A stretch of DNA of 64,000 nucleotides from Balamuthia mandrillaris. Lineage: Eukaryota. Numbering within the stretch: the first letter of the stretch is position 1; the number at the start of each line of letters is the position of its first letter. This document shows, one piece after another, positions 40,140 through 52,128 of the stretch. The translations under genes were made by a program, and so were the position numbers. Where the stretch lies: assembly GCA_031835245.2 (NCBI GenBank), contig JAVKOQ020000110.1, positions 62,001-126,000 on the forward strand, given 5' to 3'. The notes under the pieces are model-generated. The model searched no databases. It had not been told where the DNA came from and saw only the letters and a program-made list of their open reading frames with translations.

Positions 40140-41493
40140 TCAAAACGGTCGGTGTTCTTGCACCCACTTCACCACTTCCAGCTGTCCTTTCTCTGCTGCT
40201 CTCGTTAGAACTTTGTCACTCCAAGGGCAGCCGTTTGCGCTGGCCCACTTCAACACTCCCAGGTGGCCTTTTTTCGCTGCATTCACGCAGACCTGTTCGT
40301 CCCAAGGACATCCGTTCTCTCTGACCCACTTCAAACCCTCCAAATGCCCTCTTCTTGCCAAATGAGCACATGTGTAGGTGTTCCAAGGGCATCCGTTCTC
40401 TCTCGCCCACTTTAACGTTTCCAAGTCTCCTTTCAATGCTGCATTCTCGCAAACAACCGCACTCCAAGGGCAGCCGTTATCTCTTACCCACTTTAGCATT
40501 TCTATGTCTCCTCGCCAGGCTGCATGGATACACACTAACTCGTCCCAAGGGCAGCCGTGCTGATAGAGCCACTTGAGCATTTCAAGATGGCCTCTACTGG
40601 CGGCCGCTTCGCAAGTTCGCTTATTCCAAGGACATCCCCTCTCTCGCACCCATTGAAGCATTGGCAAGTTCCCAGCCGTGGCAATGTGGGTGCAAGTCCG
40701 CTCATCCCAAGGACAGCCATTCTCGTGAAGCCATTTTAGCGTTTCCCATTGTCCATACTCTGCCGCAGATGCGCAAACCTTTGCGTCTAAATGAGGTTAG
40801 AGAAGAGGAGAGAGAGAGAAAAATGGCTCACCCCAGATAAAGCCGTTGTTTAGGGTCCACTCGAGGATGTGCAAATATCCCTTCCCAGCAACGAAAGGGC
40901 AAACCCAATGGCTCAGAGGGCATCCTTCGTCGAGCAACCACTGCAACATCCAGGTCACCGTTTCTTGCAGCACCTTCCATTGTCCTTGAATCCCAATGGC
41001 AGCCCTGTTCTCTGGCCCACTTCAACACTTCGAAGTGGCCATTCTCAGCTGCCGCTCTGCAAGTGCGTTCATCCCAAGGGCATCCCTTTTGATGAAGCCA
41101 CTGAAGCACTTCCAAATGGCCGCCCTTTGCCGCCTGTTTGCATGCTTTTCGGCTCCAAGGGCAGCCACGTTCCTGAAGCCACACCAACATGTCCAAATCT
41201 CCTCGTTTGGCTGCCCTAGCGCAGGTTTGCTTGCCCATGGCATAGCCGTTGGCCAAAGCCCACTGCAGCATCGGCAGGCTGCTGCACGCCAGCTCAACGG
41301 AGAGCATGTGCCGCAGCAAGCTCGGACAACAAGCGAACCAGCGACGGCAGGTCCTGGCGGCCACCGCCACCGCGCCTGCGGGCAGCTGTTCCAACACGTG
41401 ACAGAGCAACTCGTCCGGCAGCAGCTCTTCCACCAAACAAGCGTCGTTTGGCTCACATCGTCGTCGTTTCTTCTTCGGTCTAGTGGCTTGCAT
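40140..41493 (-). pseudogene. F-box + GCPW-type ankyrin-repeat protein, copy 1 (frameshift near 40950; 45-nt intron 40787-40831)
   Basis: F-box-like LLPDELLCHVLEQLP...AARTCRRW, then many AAxxGHLEVLxWxxxxGCPWD repeats. The repeat frame shifts at GAC CTG G ATG TTG CAG. Confidence 0.8.
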
Positions 41494-41786
41494 CGCTCGT
41501 TTTCCAACACACGTCACTCTAGCTCGTTTGGGATTTAACTTTGGATCGGTCGGCCCCATCGGATCGCGGGGGAGTGAACCAAGTTTCTGGACACCTTTTG
41601 CTTGGGTCCGATTCGGCGAATAATACCCTCATAATGATCCGAACCCGATCCAATCGGATGCAGCTCGGGTAAATTATAATTAATTTCAATTGTAAAATTA
41701 AAAACTAAAAGTCGTTTTCAAAAAAATCACAAAAACAGAATCGTCCTGTAAACGACGTCGGACAACACCTACCGAACAACACGACA

Positions 41787-44123
41787 ATGGGCTTTAGTTT
41801 TTGGGGAGGCAGCGCCGTCCGCTTCTGCGACTTTGATGAAGAGGCCAAAGAATGCGAGTGGACGATGTGGGCCGTGGTAACCTATTTTTTTTTAATTTTT
41901 TTTTTGAAGTTATTGTTATAGTATATCGTAACTGTCAAAAACAAAAAACTCAACAACCGTTTAAAAAAAAACAAGGCGGTGGGAGTGCTTTGGATCCCTG
42001 GATTGCTGTTTGGGCTGTTGACGGTTGTGTTTGGCACCGTTTACTTTTGTTGCTGTCGGTGTAGATGCGGAGGCAAGCCGTTGTTTTGGCGCGTGGCTCT
42101 TATAGCTCTTTCCGTTTGCATCTTGTACTTACTTCTTTGTCGTTGTTTGTGTTCCTTGTGTCGCTTCTTTCTTTCTTTTTTTCTTGTCGTTTTCTTGCCG
42201 TTTTGTTTTCTTTTTCTTTTTCGTTTTCTTTTTCGTTTTCGTTTTCGTTTTCTTTTTCGTTTTCGTTTTCGTTTTCTTTTCTTTGCTTTTCTTTTCTTTT
42301 CTTTTCTTTTCTTTTCTTTGCTTTTCTTTTCTTTTCTTTTCTTTTCTTTTCTTTTCTTTTCTTTTCTTTTCTTTTCTTTTCTTTTCTTTTCTTTTCTTTT
42401 CTTTTCTTTTCTTTTCTTTTCTTTTCTTTTCTTTTCTTTTCTTTTCTTTGCTTTTCTTTTTCTTTTCTTTTTTTTTCTCTCTTCCTTTCTTCATAGTTTA
42501 ACAAACAGAATCCCAAAACAACAGAGTCTTCATAGTGGTCATCATCAGCATCGATGCCGACGTGCAACGCGCCAACGACGAATTTGCAGACACCTCCATC
42601 AACTACGCCTCGGACTTTGTGAAGGAGGTGGAAGGCACTATCCAAAGAACCCTGGATGCTCCTTACACCCCTGAAGCAGCTGCGCAGGCATCGTGGGCGG
42701 TGGACGGCTTGGCAGCCGCTGAGCAGGCGGAGGAGGAGATCACCCGGTTGAAAGACCCAATTAACTACGGAGCCATGTCAAAGTACGTTTTATGTTTGCG
42801 AATGTTAACTCTTAGGACTTGTTTGTTATGTTGTCCTTTATCTTTCTTCTTCTTTTTCTTGTTCTTCTTGTTCTTGTTTTTTTTCTTCTTCTTCTGCTTC
42901 TTCTTCATCTTATGTTTCGTTATAAACTTAGGTTCGTGGTGGAAGTTGTGTTCCTCGTGATGTTGGGCATCGCTTGTGTGGTCGTTATCATCGGGCTTCT
43001 TTGTGGTTGTAACAAATTTGTCTTTTGGTACTGCTGCTTCATTCTTTGCTTTCTCCTTCTGGATGTTAGTGTCTTTATACTCACTTTATATCTTGTTTTC
43101 GTTTCATGCTTCTTTCTTTTGTATTTGATAGTTATGGCATCGCCTTGATGATATTGTCCATTCCTGTTTGGTTGCTCTTTTCTTGGGGCCTGTTTGGAGA
43201 GCGTATATTCACGGATGCTTGCGACGAGTGCGAGGAAGAAAGAGCCACTCCCACAAACTCTGCGATGAGTTATCTCATTGAATGTGATGACCCTTTGTGG
43301 GCTGATTGGGTTGCTTCTGTGACTGCTTTCAGAGAAGGAGCCATTACCGCTGGCTGTGGTTTGTGATCTCACTCTTATCTTCTTTCTTTGGTTCCTCTTC
43401 TTGTTCTTTTTTGAGTCTTCTACTTCTTTTCCTGCTTTTCCTCCATGTCGCTTGTTCTCAGTCTTCTGTTTCTTTTTTGCTTTATTCTGGTAAAAACAAA
43501 CAAACAGCTGCATACACCTCGCTTTGTGCATCCGGACAAGCAACGTGTCCTCCAGGACAATGCACAGAGGAAACATTATACGACATTCCCAACTTGGTTA
43601 GTATTTGCTCTTTGTCTTCCTATAACCACTCTATTGCTATGTTATTGATCCTTTTCATTATTTATTCTTTTTTTAAATGATAAACAGGAAGTTGATGATA
43701 ACGGACAGAACCGTACAGTGGAGCAATGCAGCACTCAATGTACCGACCAAGACTTGCAAGACTTTAGCGTCAATTTGATGGAGACCTATGACGCCATTCT
43801 GGAATACGATGCAATCTATGAAATCGTGCTTCAATGGTTGAACTGCGGTTTCGTGCTGGAGTACTGTGATGAAGTAGATCCAACTCTTTGCGGCGACATG
43901 AAGTACGTGCATCGCCACCCTTACATTCTTCATTCTTTTTTTTTTTCTAATGGAAACAATCCATAGGGTTGCTGGTTTATCGGGATTCTTCGCCATGCTT
44001 TTGGGTATATTGGTGCTCATCAGCGTTGTCATGGCTGGACTTGTGACCCGTGTGCTCAACCCAGACGATGACGAGGAGGAGATGGAACTGTCCAGCGAGA
44101 GCGGCAGCGAAAGCGATGACTAA
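41787..44123 (+). CDS. Five-TM membrane protein, Tweety/prominin-like, multi-exon
   Basis: TM1 followed by YFCCCRCRC, TM2, helical loop, TM3/TM4, then DAC...SYLIEC and a Cys-rich loop, WLNC...LC, TM5 and an acidic tail. Confidence 0.6.
42215..42470. repeat. (TTTTCG)n/(CTTTT)n intronic microsatellite
   Basis: Directly visible in an intron of the Tweety-like gene. Confidence 0.95.
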
Positions 44124-44341
44124 GCCGTTGTATTCCTTTCCTCTTTTTTTTTTTTGTGCACATAATATTCCTCTCTCACGTCCTCGCTCTTGTCTTTGCT
44201 CGCTTCCTGTCTCACGTCCTCTCTCTTGTCCTGTATCCTTCTCTCGCGTCCTCGCTCTCGTCTTATCTCGTATCCAAGGTCGCGAAATTTCTTGAGAAAC
44301 GCCAAATTTAAACAATTAAAAAATAAATGAAAAACAATTTG

Positions 44342-44420
44342 ACCGAAAAGAAACGGCAAGGGAGCAAAGGCCAGCCAAAAATGTCCCTGCGCCTCCCTGC
44401 TACTTTCAGCGGGGAAAATC
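44342..44420 (+). repeat. Dispersed ~80-bp intergenic repeat, copy 1
   Basis: GAAAAGAAACGGCAAGGGA...GTCCCTGCGC...CTGC.ACTTT..GCGGG aligns with 57968-58047. Confidence 0.85.
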
Positions 44421-44590
44421 AGTGTCGACAAGGACCACCGCCAAACCCAAACCATTGCGCGTTGGTCATGTTATTTTTGATTTGATTTTATTTCATCACA
44501 ACAAAAAAAAAAAGAAGTAAACGACAGAAAAAGTGTAAAAAAGAAGTAGCAGCGGCACAAAGGAGAAGTAGCAAAAGATTCCCAACCCCA

Positions 44591-44892
44591 ATGGAGAAGT
44601 TACACAATGTCTTTGGCACCGGCTCCTCCTCCGCCAAGAATGTGGTCAAGCTGAACGTCGGCGGGCAGCTCTTCCTGACCACGCTGGACACCCTCCAGAG
44701 CGACAAGGACTCGGAGCTGGCCGCCCTCACTGACCCTTCCAACTCCAACAGGGTGATGGTGGACGGGGCCATCTTTGTGGACAGGGATGGCACCCATTTT
44801 CGACACATCCTGAACTTTCTGCGCTCTGGCGTGCTGAACATACACTCGGACCTCATCCTGCATAACGAGTTGTTGGTGGAAGGTTTGACCTT

Positions 44893-44946
<54 letters not shown>

Positions 44947-45430
44947 GTTCTCTTTGTTTTGGGTGACACTCATTTTTTTTCACTAATATGATAACTAACG
45001 TACACAAAACCGCTTCGTCTCAAAAAACAGCTGACTTTTACCAGCTCCAAAGCCTTAAGGACTTGCTCCAAGCCACATTGCCCAAGGCTGACCCTGAAGC
45101 TGAGGTTTGTTTTTTCATCGCTATTCCCTTTTCTTTTTCTCGTTCGTTTGTTGTTTGCTTGTGCGTGCGTGTTGCTGTTTGTTTGTTTGTTTGTTTGTTT
45201 GTTTGTTTGTTTGTTTGTTTGTTTGTTTGTTTGTTTGTTTGTTTGTTTGTTTGTCTGTTTGTTTTGCAATATGCTTCCTATGCTTTCTGTTTGGCCTCTA
45301 GCGCTGTTTGGCTTTTCTTGGTTAACACGCTCTCTTTGATAACCACCAACATCAGCTTCGCAAGTGTAAAGAACGAGTGCTTGAGTTGGAACAGGAAGTT
45401 GCAGAGCTGCGCAAGAGACTGGAGGGATAA
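44591..45430 (+). CDS. Minimal KCTD-type BTB/POZ (T1) protein with short C-terminal coiled coil, 3 exons
   Basis: VVKLNVGGQLFLTTLDTL...IFVDRDGTHFRHILNFLRSG...LLVE|ADFYQL; last exon LRKCKERVLELEQEVAELRKRLEG*. Confidence 0.9.
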
Positions 45431-45625
45431 ACGAAACACATAAAACTACACCGTTCGCCTTTATCGCGGTAAACCCCAAATCTCTTCTTTAACTTTTTTT
45501 TGTACAAAGACTCCTCCATTCTGCTTTATCTTTTCGTGTGTTTCTTGAATTCCTCTTCCTTGTTTTTCATCTTGTTGCAGCCATGAGAGAGAGAGAGAAC
45601 AAAGAGATTCAAACTTTATCACTCT

Positions 45626-46180
45626 TTAGTTGAACAGAACACGGGCCAACTCCAACCCAATTCCTTCCAACGCCTCCACTCCTCCGCTAATCCCTCCTTT
45701 TCCTCCTTCTCCAACTTCTCCATTGCCATCATTATCATCATTTCCACCTTCTCCTCCCTCTCCTCCTTCCTCGTCACTATCCGTATCCGTATCTGGGTTT
45801 GATACAAATCCAAATGGAGAGGTGCCACCACCATCCTCTCTCACGCACAGCCCTCCTCCGCTACAAACATGTCCCGTGGGACAGCAATAGCTCTCCTCGT
45901 TGGCAGCTGGATCGGCGGGACAAGCGATGGGGCGGCTAGAAGGACAGCCCAAGCAGGAGGTGCCATCCGCAGAGCAGGCCTGACCGGGACGACAGCAGAC
46001 GCCGGTGCCGCAGCGGACCGGACGGAAGAAGGTACAGCTGGTGGATGAGAGTTGTTTCCTGTGGTGCATGCGCGTGGTGTTGTTGGAAGAGAAGGCGGAA
46101 GAGGTGGAGCAGAGAAGAAGGAGGAGGAAGAGGATGCCGAAGCAGCAGAGAGAACAGGTAAAGTGAAGCCCACGCGGCAT
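45626..46180 (-). CDS. Secreted Cys-rich protein (two 6-Cys CCxxG modules), copy A
   Basis: Signal peptide, 12-Cys core, acidic Gly-rich linker, C-terminal GGVEALEGIGLELARVLFN. Confidence 0.8.
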   Translation of the reverse strand: MPRGLHFTCSLCCFGILFLLLLLCSTSSAFSSNNTTRMHHRKQLSSTSCTFFRPVRCGTGVCCRPGQACSADGTSCLGCPSSRPIACPADPAANEESYCCPTGHVCSGGGLCVREDGGGTSPFGFVSNPDTDTDSDEEGGEGGEGGNDDNDGNGEVGEGGKGGISGGVEALEGIGLELARVLFN

Positions 46181-46572
46181 TTTTTTTTTTTTGCTTGCTT
46201 TGTTTGTGGTGTTGGGGATGGATGGACGAGGAGATGAGCAAGCCTAGGCTATGTTTAAATATTAGTATTGTCGTCCGTATCGAGGCAGTTCCTGTGCGCA
46301 GTTCAGGCATTTTCGTGGCAGAGTAAAGCAACTGCCTCTCGAAAACACGGAGAAGGGGCAGTTTGTTTAATGCAATGGTAGTATTAGCCAGTGCTTTTCG
46401 ACTGGAGTCCTCCTCCTACATTTCGTTCAACCGCAAGCGAAAAGCGAAGCAGAGAGAAGAGGAAGGGTGGGGAGAAGGAGAGCAGGGGGGGGGGGAGAGA
46501 AGGAAAGAGAGTAGAACGACCAAGAACAGAGAGAACAATGAAGAGAACAGCTTGAAAGCCAGATAAGATAGT

Positions 46573-47004
46573 TTACTGGTTTTGAAAGTATCGAGCCAGC
46601 ACCAAAACAGGTCCTTCCAAGCCTGCCACTCCTCCAATGAACACACCGTCACCTCCTCCTCCAGTGTTTGTAGAGATTGGGGTCACATCCGGTCTCTCGC
46701 ACCTGCCATCTCCAGCGCAAAAGTATCCAGTTGGGCAACAGTAGTTGAAGCCGCTCGCTCCTCCGAAACAGGGATTTGGGCGACCAAAGGGACAGCCAGA
46801 ACAGGACGAGCCATCCGCGGAGCAGGTTTGGCCGGCCTGACAGCAGACGCCGTTGCCGCAGTTGACGGGACGAGCAATGGGACAGCCAGCGGAGAACTGT
46901 TTCTTGAGGTTGGCGTTGCTGGAGGCGAAGGAAGAAGTGAGGAGCAGTAAAAAGAGGAAGAGAAGGGCGCAAGCGAAGAGTGGTTGAAGGGAGAGGCGAA
47001 GCAT
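46573..47004 (-). CDS. Secreted Cys-rich protein (two 6-Cys CCxxG modules), copy B
   Basis: Signal peptide MLRLSLQPLFACALLFLFLLLL, the same 12-Cys pattern as copy A, C-terminal GGVAGLEGPVLVLARYFQNQ. Confidence 0.8.
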   Translation of the reverse strand: MLRLSLQPLFACALLFLFLLLLTSSFASSNANLKKQFSAGCPIARPVNCGNGVCCQAGQTCSADGSSCSGCPFGRPNPCFGGASGFNYCCPTGYFCAGDGRCERPDVTPISTNTGGGGDGVFIGGVAGLEGPVLVLARYFQNQ

Positions 47005-47788
47005 TGTCGTGGTTTGTTTGTTAGAGTTGAGAAGTGAATGCACACAAACAACCAAAACGATAAATAAATACAAGAGAGGGAGAGAACATAAAACGTCAAC
47101 CTACAAGTCAACTTGCGTCCACATGCATGCTCAACTTCTTTCCAACTCAACTCCAGCGAATGCCTCTCAAATAACCGGAGAATAACGTTAAAACAGAAAG
47201 GAGTGGTAGTTTCAACACAAGTCACCCATCCAGGTTGGGGATTGATTGATAGCAGCTCCAGACCAATTGCTGCTAGCCTTATTCCCTCACTGTTTCCCTT
47301 TCTGCAACAAGGAGGAACACATGCATCAGTTAAATTGCATGGCAAACTCCCCCCGTACCCCACGTGTGCTTTGTGCTTTTCGCTGGGCAGGTGCCCACCT
47401 TTGCCATTCGCCACTTCTCCACCTCAGCCAGTTGCCTATCTTCTTGGCACGCCATGTTGCAGAAAGAACAGACATTTTTTTTTCAGACTCATCTTAAAAG
47501 GGGACGCTACATGGAGTAGCAGTGCCCGTGGTGGTCGACTCCTCAGTACCGACGCAGCAGGTCTCGCTGACCACATTCCCCGCCTCTGTTTCCCCTCTGA
47601 ATGCTTTGGCGTAACACTTTTTCATTTACCTCTCTGCCTCTCTGCTCTACACTCTCGAGCACATTCTTGAGATGCTTGCTCTGTCTGGCCAATTCTTCTT
47701 CGGGGAGAATGAGTGAGTGTAACGGAAGCCCACGTGAAAGCTTTATTGCTTTTGACCAGCCAGGAATGTTTACCACCAACAAAAAAAA

Positions 47789-48907
47789 ATGGAAGGGAGA
47801 AAAAGAGAAAGGGAGGAAGCCAAACCCGAAGAACCTGACGGACCCACCAAGTGTGGACGGACGGACGTGCGCCATGACACCATGAAGGAGGAGAGAAAGC
47901 AAGCGCTGTGGGACAACGAAAAGCATCGCCGCTTGTTTGCCGTTGCTTTTTTCTCCTGCGACAAGCGCCTCCGCGACAGGCAGGATCACCACCTCACCGA
48001 AGAGGACTTTGGCTGGCGCTTCGACTCGAGAACGGTGGTGCAGCACTTTAGGCAGTGCCACTGCGGTGTGGCCATGCGCTTGCACAGCAGGAAGCTCGAA
48101 TCGGAGTTACAAAGCGAGTTCGCGTTACGCACCCTGAAAGAGCTGTGCGCCATTTACCTCATGGACCGCTTTCGGGGCGATAAGGCAGACGAAGAGAAGG
48201 CAAAACAACAGTTTGCACAATGGCAAGAGCTACTTCCCACGGACCTGATCGAGTACCTCCTCAAGAAGGGGGTGGTGCACGATCACTACGACTGGCGCTC
48301 TCTGTATGAGGAACGACGTTTGGCGCAACAGTTGGAGGCCGTTCTCTCCGAGGCTGAAATGCCGAGCGAACTTGAGTACCTCTTTACAGCTTTTCACTTG
48401 TCCCATGTGAATGGAGGGCGTCCTTTGAGAGGCGATGCAGAACATGGGAACGTTTATCTGGTGGACCCACACAAGAATGAACCAGTTTCCATAGAAGAGT
48501 TCGATGCCGCCATGAAGCACACGTTGCACCCAACGTTGCTGGCAGAGACTTTGTTCAAGTCGGAGAGAGCGGAAGTGAGGTGGCTGGAGGAGCGGTGGAG
48601 CGAGTACGAAAGGAGGCCGGACCTGTTTGAGGACCTTACATCCGCGGAAGCCGAGTTGGAACAATTCGAAAGAGAAGCACAAAAAAAAGAAGAGGAGGAG
48701 GAGGAGGAGGAGGAGGAAGAAGAAGAAGAAGAACAACAACAACAACAACAACAAGAAGAAGAAGAAGAAGAAGCAGAAGCAGAAGAAGAACAAGAAGAAC
48801 AAGAAGAACAAGAAGCAGAAGCAGAAGAAGAACAAGAAGAACAAGAAGAAGAAGAAGAAGAAGAACAACAACAACAACAACAACAAGATGACGAAGAAGA
48901 AGAAAAA

Positions 48908-48940
<33 letters not shown>

Positions 48941-49198
48941 GAGGAAGATGAGGAGGAGGAGGAGGAAGAAGAAGAAACAGAAGAAGAGAAAGAGGAGAAA
49001 AAGGAATGGAGTCCTCTTCATCGAGGTCTACGGATGATGGTGGTCCTCATGCGAAGGGCTGGTTTAAAACGGTTGACCTGGATGGTGTTGTACAGCACCA
49101 ATATCCTGTTTGCAAACCCCTACCCTGTCTATCTGTTCGGGGTCTCTCCTCGCACCGGCAATTTGGTCGGCGTTGAATCCGAAGTTCGGTGGGGCTAG
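47789..49198 (+). CDS. Hypothetical protein: SOCS-box-like motif + NuiA-like domain interrupted by a poly-Glu tract, intronless
   Basis: 469-aa ORF. LRTLKELCAIYL...LPTDLIEYL; QLEAVLSEAEMPSELEYLFTAF; ~105-aa E/Q/D tract; VYLFGVSPRTGNLVGVESEVRW. Confidence 0.7.
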
Positions 49199-49310
49199 CC
49201 ACACAATCTACGGCAGCCAATAAGAAATCAAAAAATAAATTAAAAATTACCATTTTAAGGGTGTCGACGAAAATATTTTACCATTTACAGATATGTCGAC
49301 AGTTAAAATC

Positions 49311-51201
49311 ATGGAAGAAGGAAGGGACGCCATGCAGAACGACCCTCCGTTTGTGCTTCGGCACCTGCCGAGGGAGCTGTGGTGCGAGATACTGTTTTAC
49401 TTCACGCCGAACGAGTGGCTGAAGGCTTCACAGACTTGCTGTTTCTTTGCTTCCGATGCTTGGTGGCAGTCATTCTTCTCGTGTACCCTTTTCTCGGCCT
49501 TCTTTTGGCTGTCTGTTGTTGTTGTTCTTCTTCTGCTTCTCCTCACTCCTTCTTATCTTGTTGAACTACATATGTAGTTCGGTTTCGTGACTATGCACCA
49601 GACGAGAACGACTGGAATGAAGCCAAAGAGCTCCTCGACAAATGCCTCCTTCAGCCCTACCGCTTGCAACGGTCTCCAAATTTTACTCCCACGAATCCTT
49701 CTGCACTGCTTTCCGTGGCTTCCCTCAGCCTGGAGGACTCCTGCCGCTACTTCCGACAGCTTCGCTCCGCATGGCGGTCCCAGCTGAAACTCTACAAGTT
49801 TCTCTTCTTTGCTCTTCACAAAGGGCTCTACTATTCCGACACCTTTCGCTCTGCATTGACTCCAGAAGATCATCAACTGTTGTCGTTGCGACAACAACTG
49901 CGAGCTCGCTATCCTGTCATGTTCCATTCCCTCGAGAGGTGGCAGTACGGGCTGTCTTGCTTGCCGGAACTTCGTTTCGGGCTCCTGTTTCGCTATTGGC
50001 CTTGCTACTACGAAGAGAATGACCTTACGTTTCGGTTCTGCTGGCCAAAAGCTGATGGCAGGATTCATGTGAGCTACTTTGATGAAGATCCTCGCAAAAG
50101 CGCAGAGCGGTTGGTTGCTTCTTATCTCGCCCTTCTTTTCTTTATTCTTTTTTGCTTTTTTGCTTTTTTCTTTTTACTTTCATCTTCACTTTCTCACAAA
50201 CGAGTAGCGCCAACTCATGGACAGCAACAACAGTTGAAGAGTGCATGGATAAGGTCAAGGAGGATGCCGAGGCTTGGATATCACGAATGCACCAAAAAGG
50301 AATAACGGTGAACATGTGGAAACTGCACGAGCTCGCCGCTCAAGAAGCACTTCGACGCTGCTGCTATTTAGCCTTGTCGCAACTCATTCCAGCCTTTGCC
50401 GCGCAGTCCTTCAACCAATCTTTTGTTCGTGGATCTTATGCCATGAGCAACGAAACAAACCAAAAGTTAAGAGATCTCTTGGACTTTTTTCGGGCTACCA
50501 AGGAAGAGGAGGAAACGAGCCCTTATGGAAATATCCTCGAAGAGAGAAAATGCAACAACCTCACAACAACCTTGCTCTCCTCTCCTCAACCAGTGCAATA
50601 CACCTTCCAAATGCCCAGTCCTCACGAGGAAGATGAAGCAGTGGTGAAAGCTCGTCACGACAAAGAACTTCGCTGTCAACAACACCAGCTGCAGAAAGAA
50701 CTCCTCCGCCCGAGGTCTTCCAAAGCCGTGCTTCCTGCGCTTGAACGTTGCCTTCGTCGTTTCCTGGCCTTGATGTTGCTGGAGGAGGCCATGCGGGATG
50801 CAGACAACTGGCCAACCAAAGAGTGGAACGTGGTTGACAACGTCTTCAACAGCCCAGAGCAGAAGCAGAAACGGTGTCGGTGGATGTTTCTCCCTTATTT
50901 TGTGCATCCTTCGGTAGTGACGCCTCGCACAGCTCATTTTGCAATTTGGCCAATGGCATACCTTCAAAAGGCGTTGTTGGCAGCTCGTCCGCTGGCCATT
51001 CTCATCCTCTTTGCTTGCCTTCAACGTTTGCCCGCGGCTTCGTCGGTGCTCTCTCCTTCCATGTCCGCTTTGTTGCAGGACAGCAACCTGGTTGTGGAAC
51101 GGCAACTGAGAGAGTTAGCTGTGTACGGCATTCCACAAGAGAAAGTGAAAAGAGTGGTGGAGATACTTGGCTTCTCGTTGAGTCCGTTGCATATGACGTG
51201 A
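49311..51201 (+). CDS. F-box protein with unrecognised C-terminal region, 3 exons
   Basis: LRHLPRELWCEILFYFTPNEWLKASQTC...DAWW. The exons splice in frame to ORFs 49664 and 50152. Confidence 0.75.
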
Positions 51202-51239
51202 CATTCTTTGTTCCTTGTTCAAACATCTCGTTCGTCGTT

Positions 51240-52053
51240 GCTTTCAATGTCTCTATTTTCCCCCATCTTGAACACTAACGCCTGTCTATTGTTCCACAGA
51301 CATCCTCTTTCGTAAAGCCATCGCAATACGTGCACCTGACCCGCGTAGTCTGCAGCGACGTCCGCTCGCTTCCACACCTTGCATCGACATCCACCCGCGT
51401 CGTTTGGCTCACCAAGATTTCCCTCGGCAGGAAGAAGCAGCTGCAAATAACCTTGCTCAGCAGCCTCGGCACACACGACATGGCTCCAAGGGCATCCGTT
51501 CTGAATGACCCACTGGAGCACCTTCAAGTGGCCGTGCCTGGCTGCCTCCGTGGCGGTGGAACGGTCCCAAGGGCAGCACGGAGCCACTGCAACACCTCCA
51601 AATGGCCTCCGCTGCAAATGGCTTGCGGGCACTCTCCAACGGCAACGCCCTGTTCGTGGAGCCACTGCAACACCTCCAAGTGTCCTTTCTCAGCTGCGCA
51701 AGTGTTCTCACCTTGTGAGCGATAGATAGCAGTCAGGAACGCACATGGTACTTCTTTTTCTTGAGAGAGCATGCCTCGCCCCAATGGCACATACGTCGTC
51801 GCGCATACTTCAAGACGTCCAACCGGCCCTGTTTGGCAGCAGCCACGCAGACCCTCTCGTCTTTCGGACACCCCTCGGCAAAAGCCCACCGCAGCAGGCC
51901 CACGCCGCCGCACGCCAGGTCGATGGAGAGCCGGTGCCGCCGTCCGGCTGGACAACAAGCGAACCAACGGCGGCAGGTCCTGGCCGCCACCGCCACCACG
52001 TCCTTGGGCAGCTGCTCCAACACATGGCACAACAATTCATCGGGGAGAAGCAT
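51240..52053 (-). pseudogene. F-box + GCPW-type ankyrin-repeat gene, copy 2, heavily degraded
   Basis: MLLPDELLCHVLEQLP...AARTCRRWFACCP, then ankyrin fragments (GHLEVLQWL, CPWDRSTATEAARHGHLKVLQW) scattered over several frames with deletions. Confidence 0.85.
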
Positions 52054-52080
52054 AGTGTCCCTCTTTCTTTTTCGTCTCTC

Positions 52081-52128
52081 TTTCTAATCACGTCGACACG
52101 GATATTTATGTGTCGACGTGATTAGAAA
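52081..52128. repeat. Perfect 19-bp inverted repeat with 10-nt spacer
   Basis: TTTCTAATCACGTCGACAC-N10-GTGTCGACGTGATTAGAAA. Confidence 0.95.
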
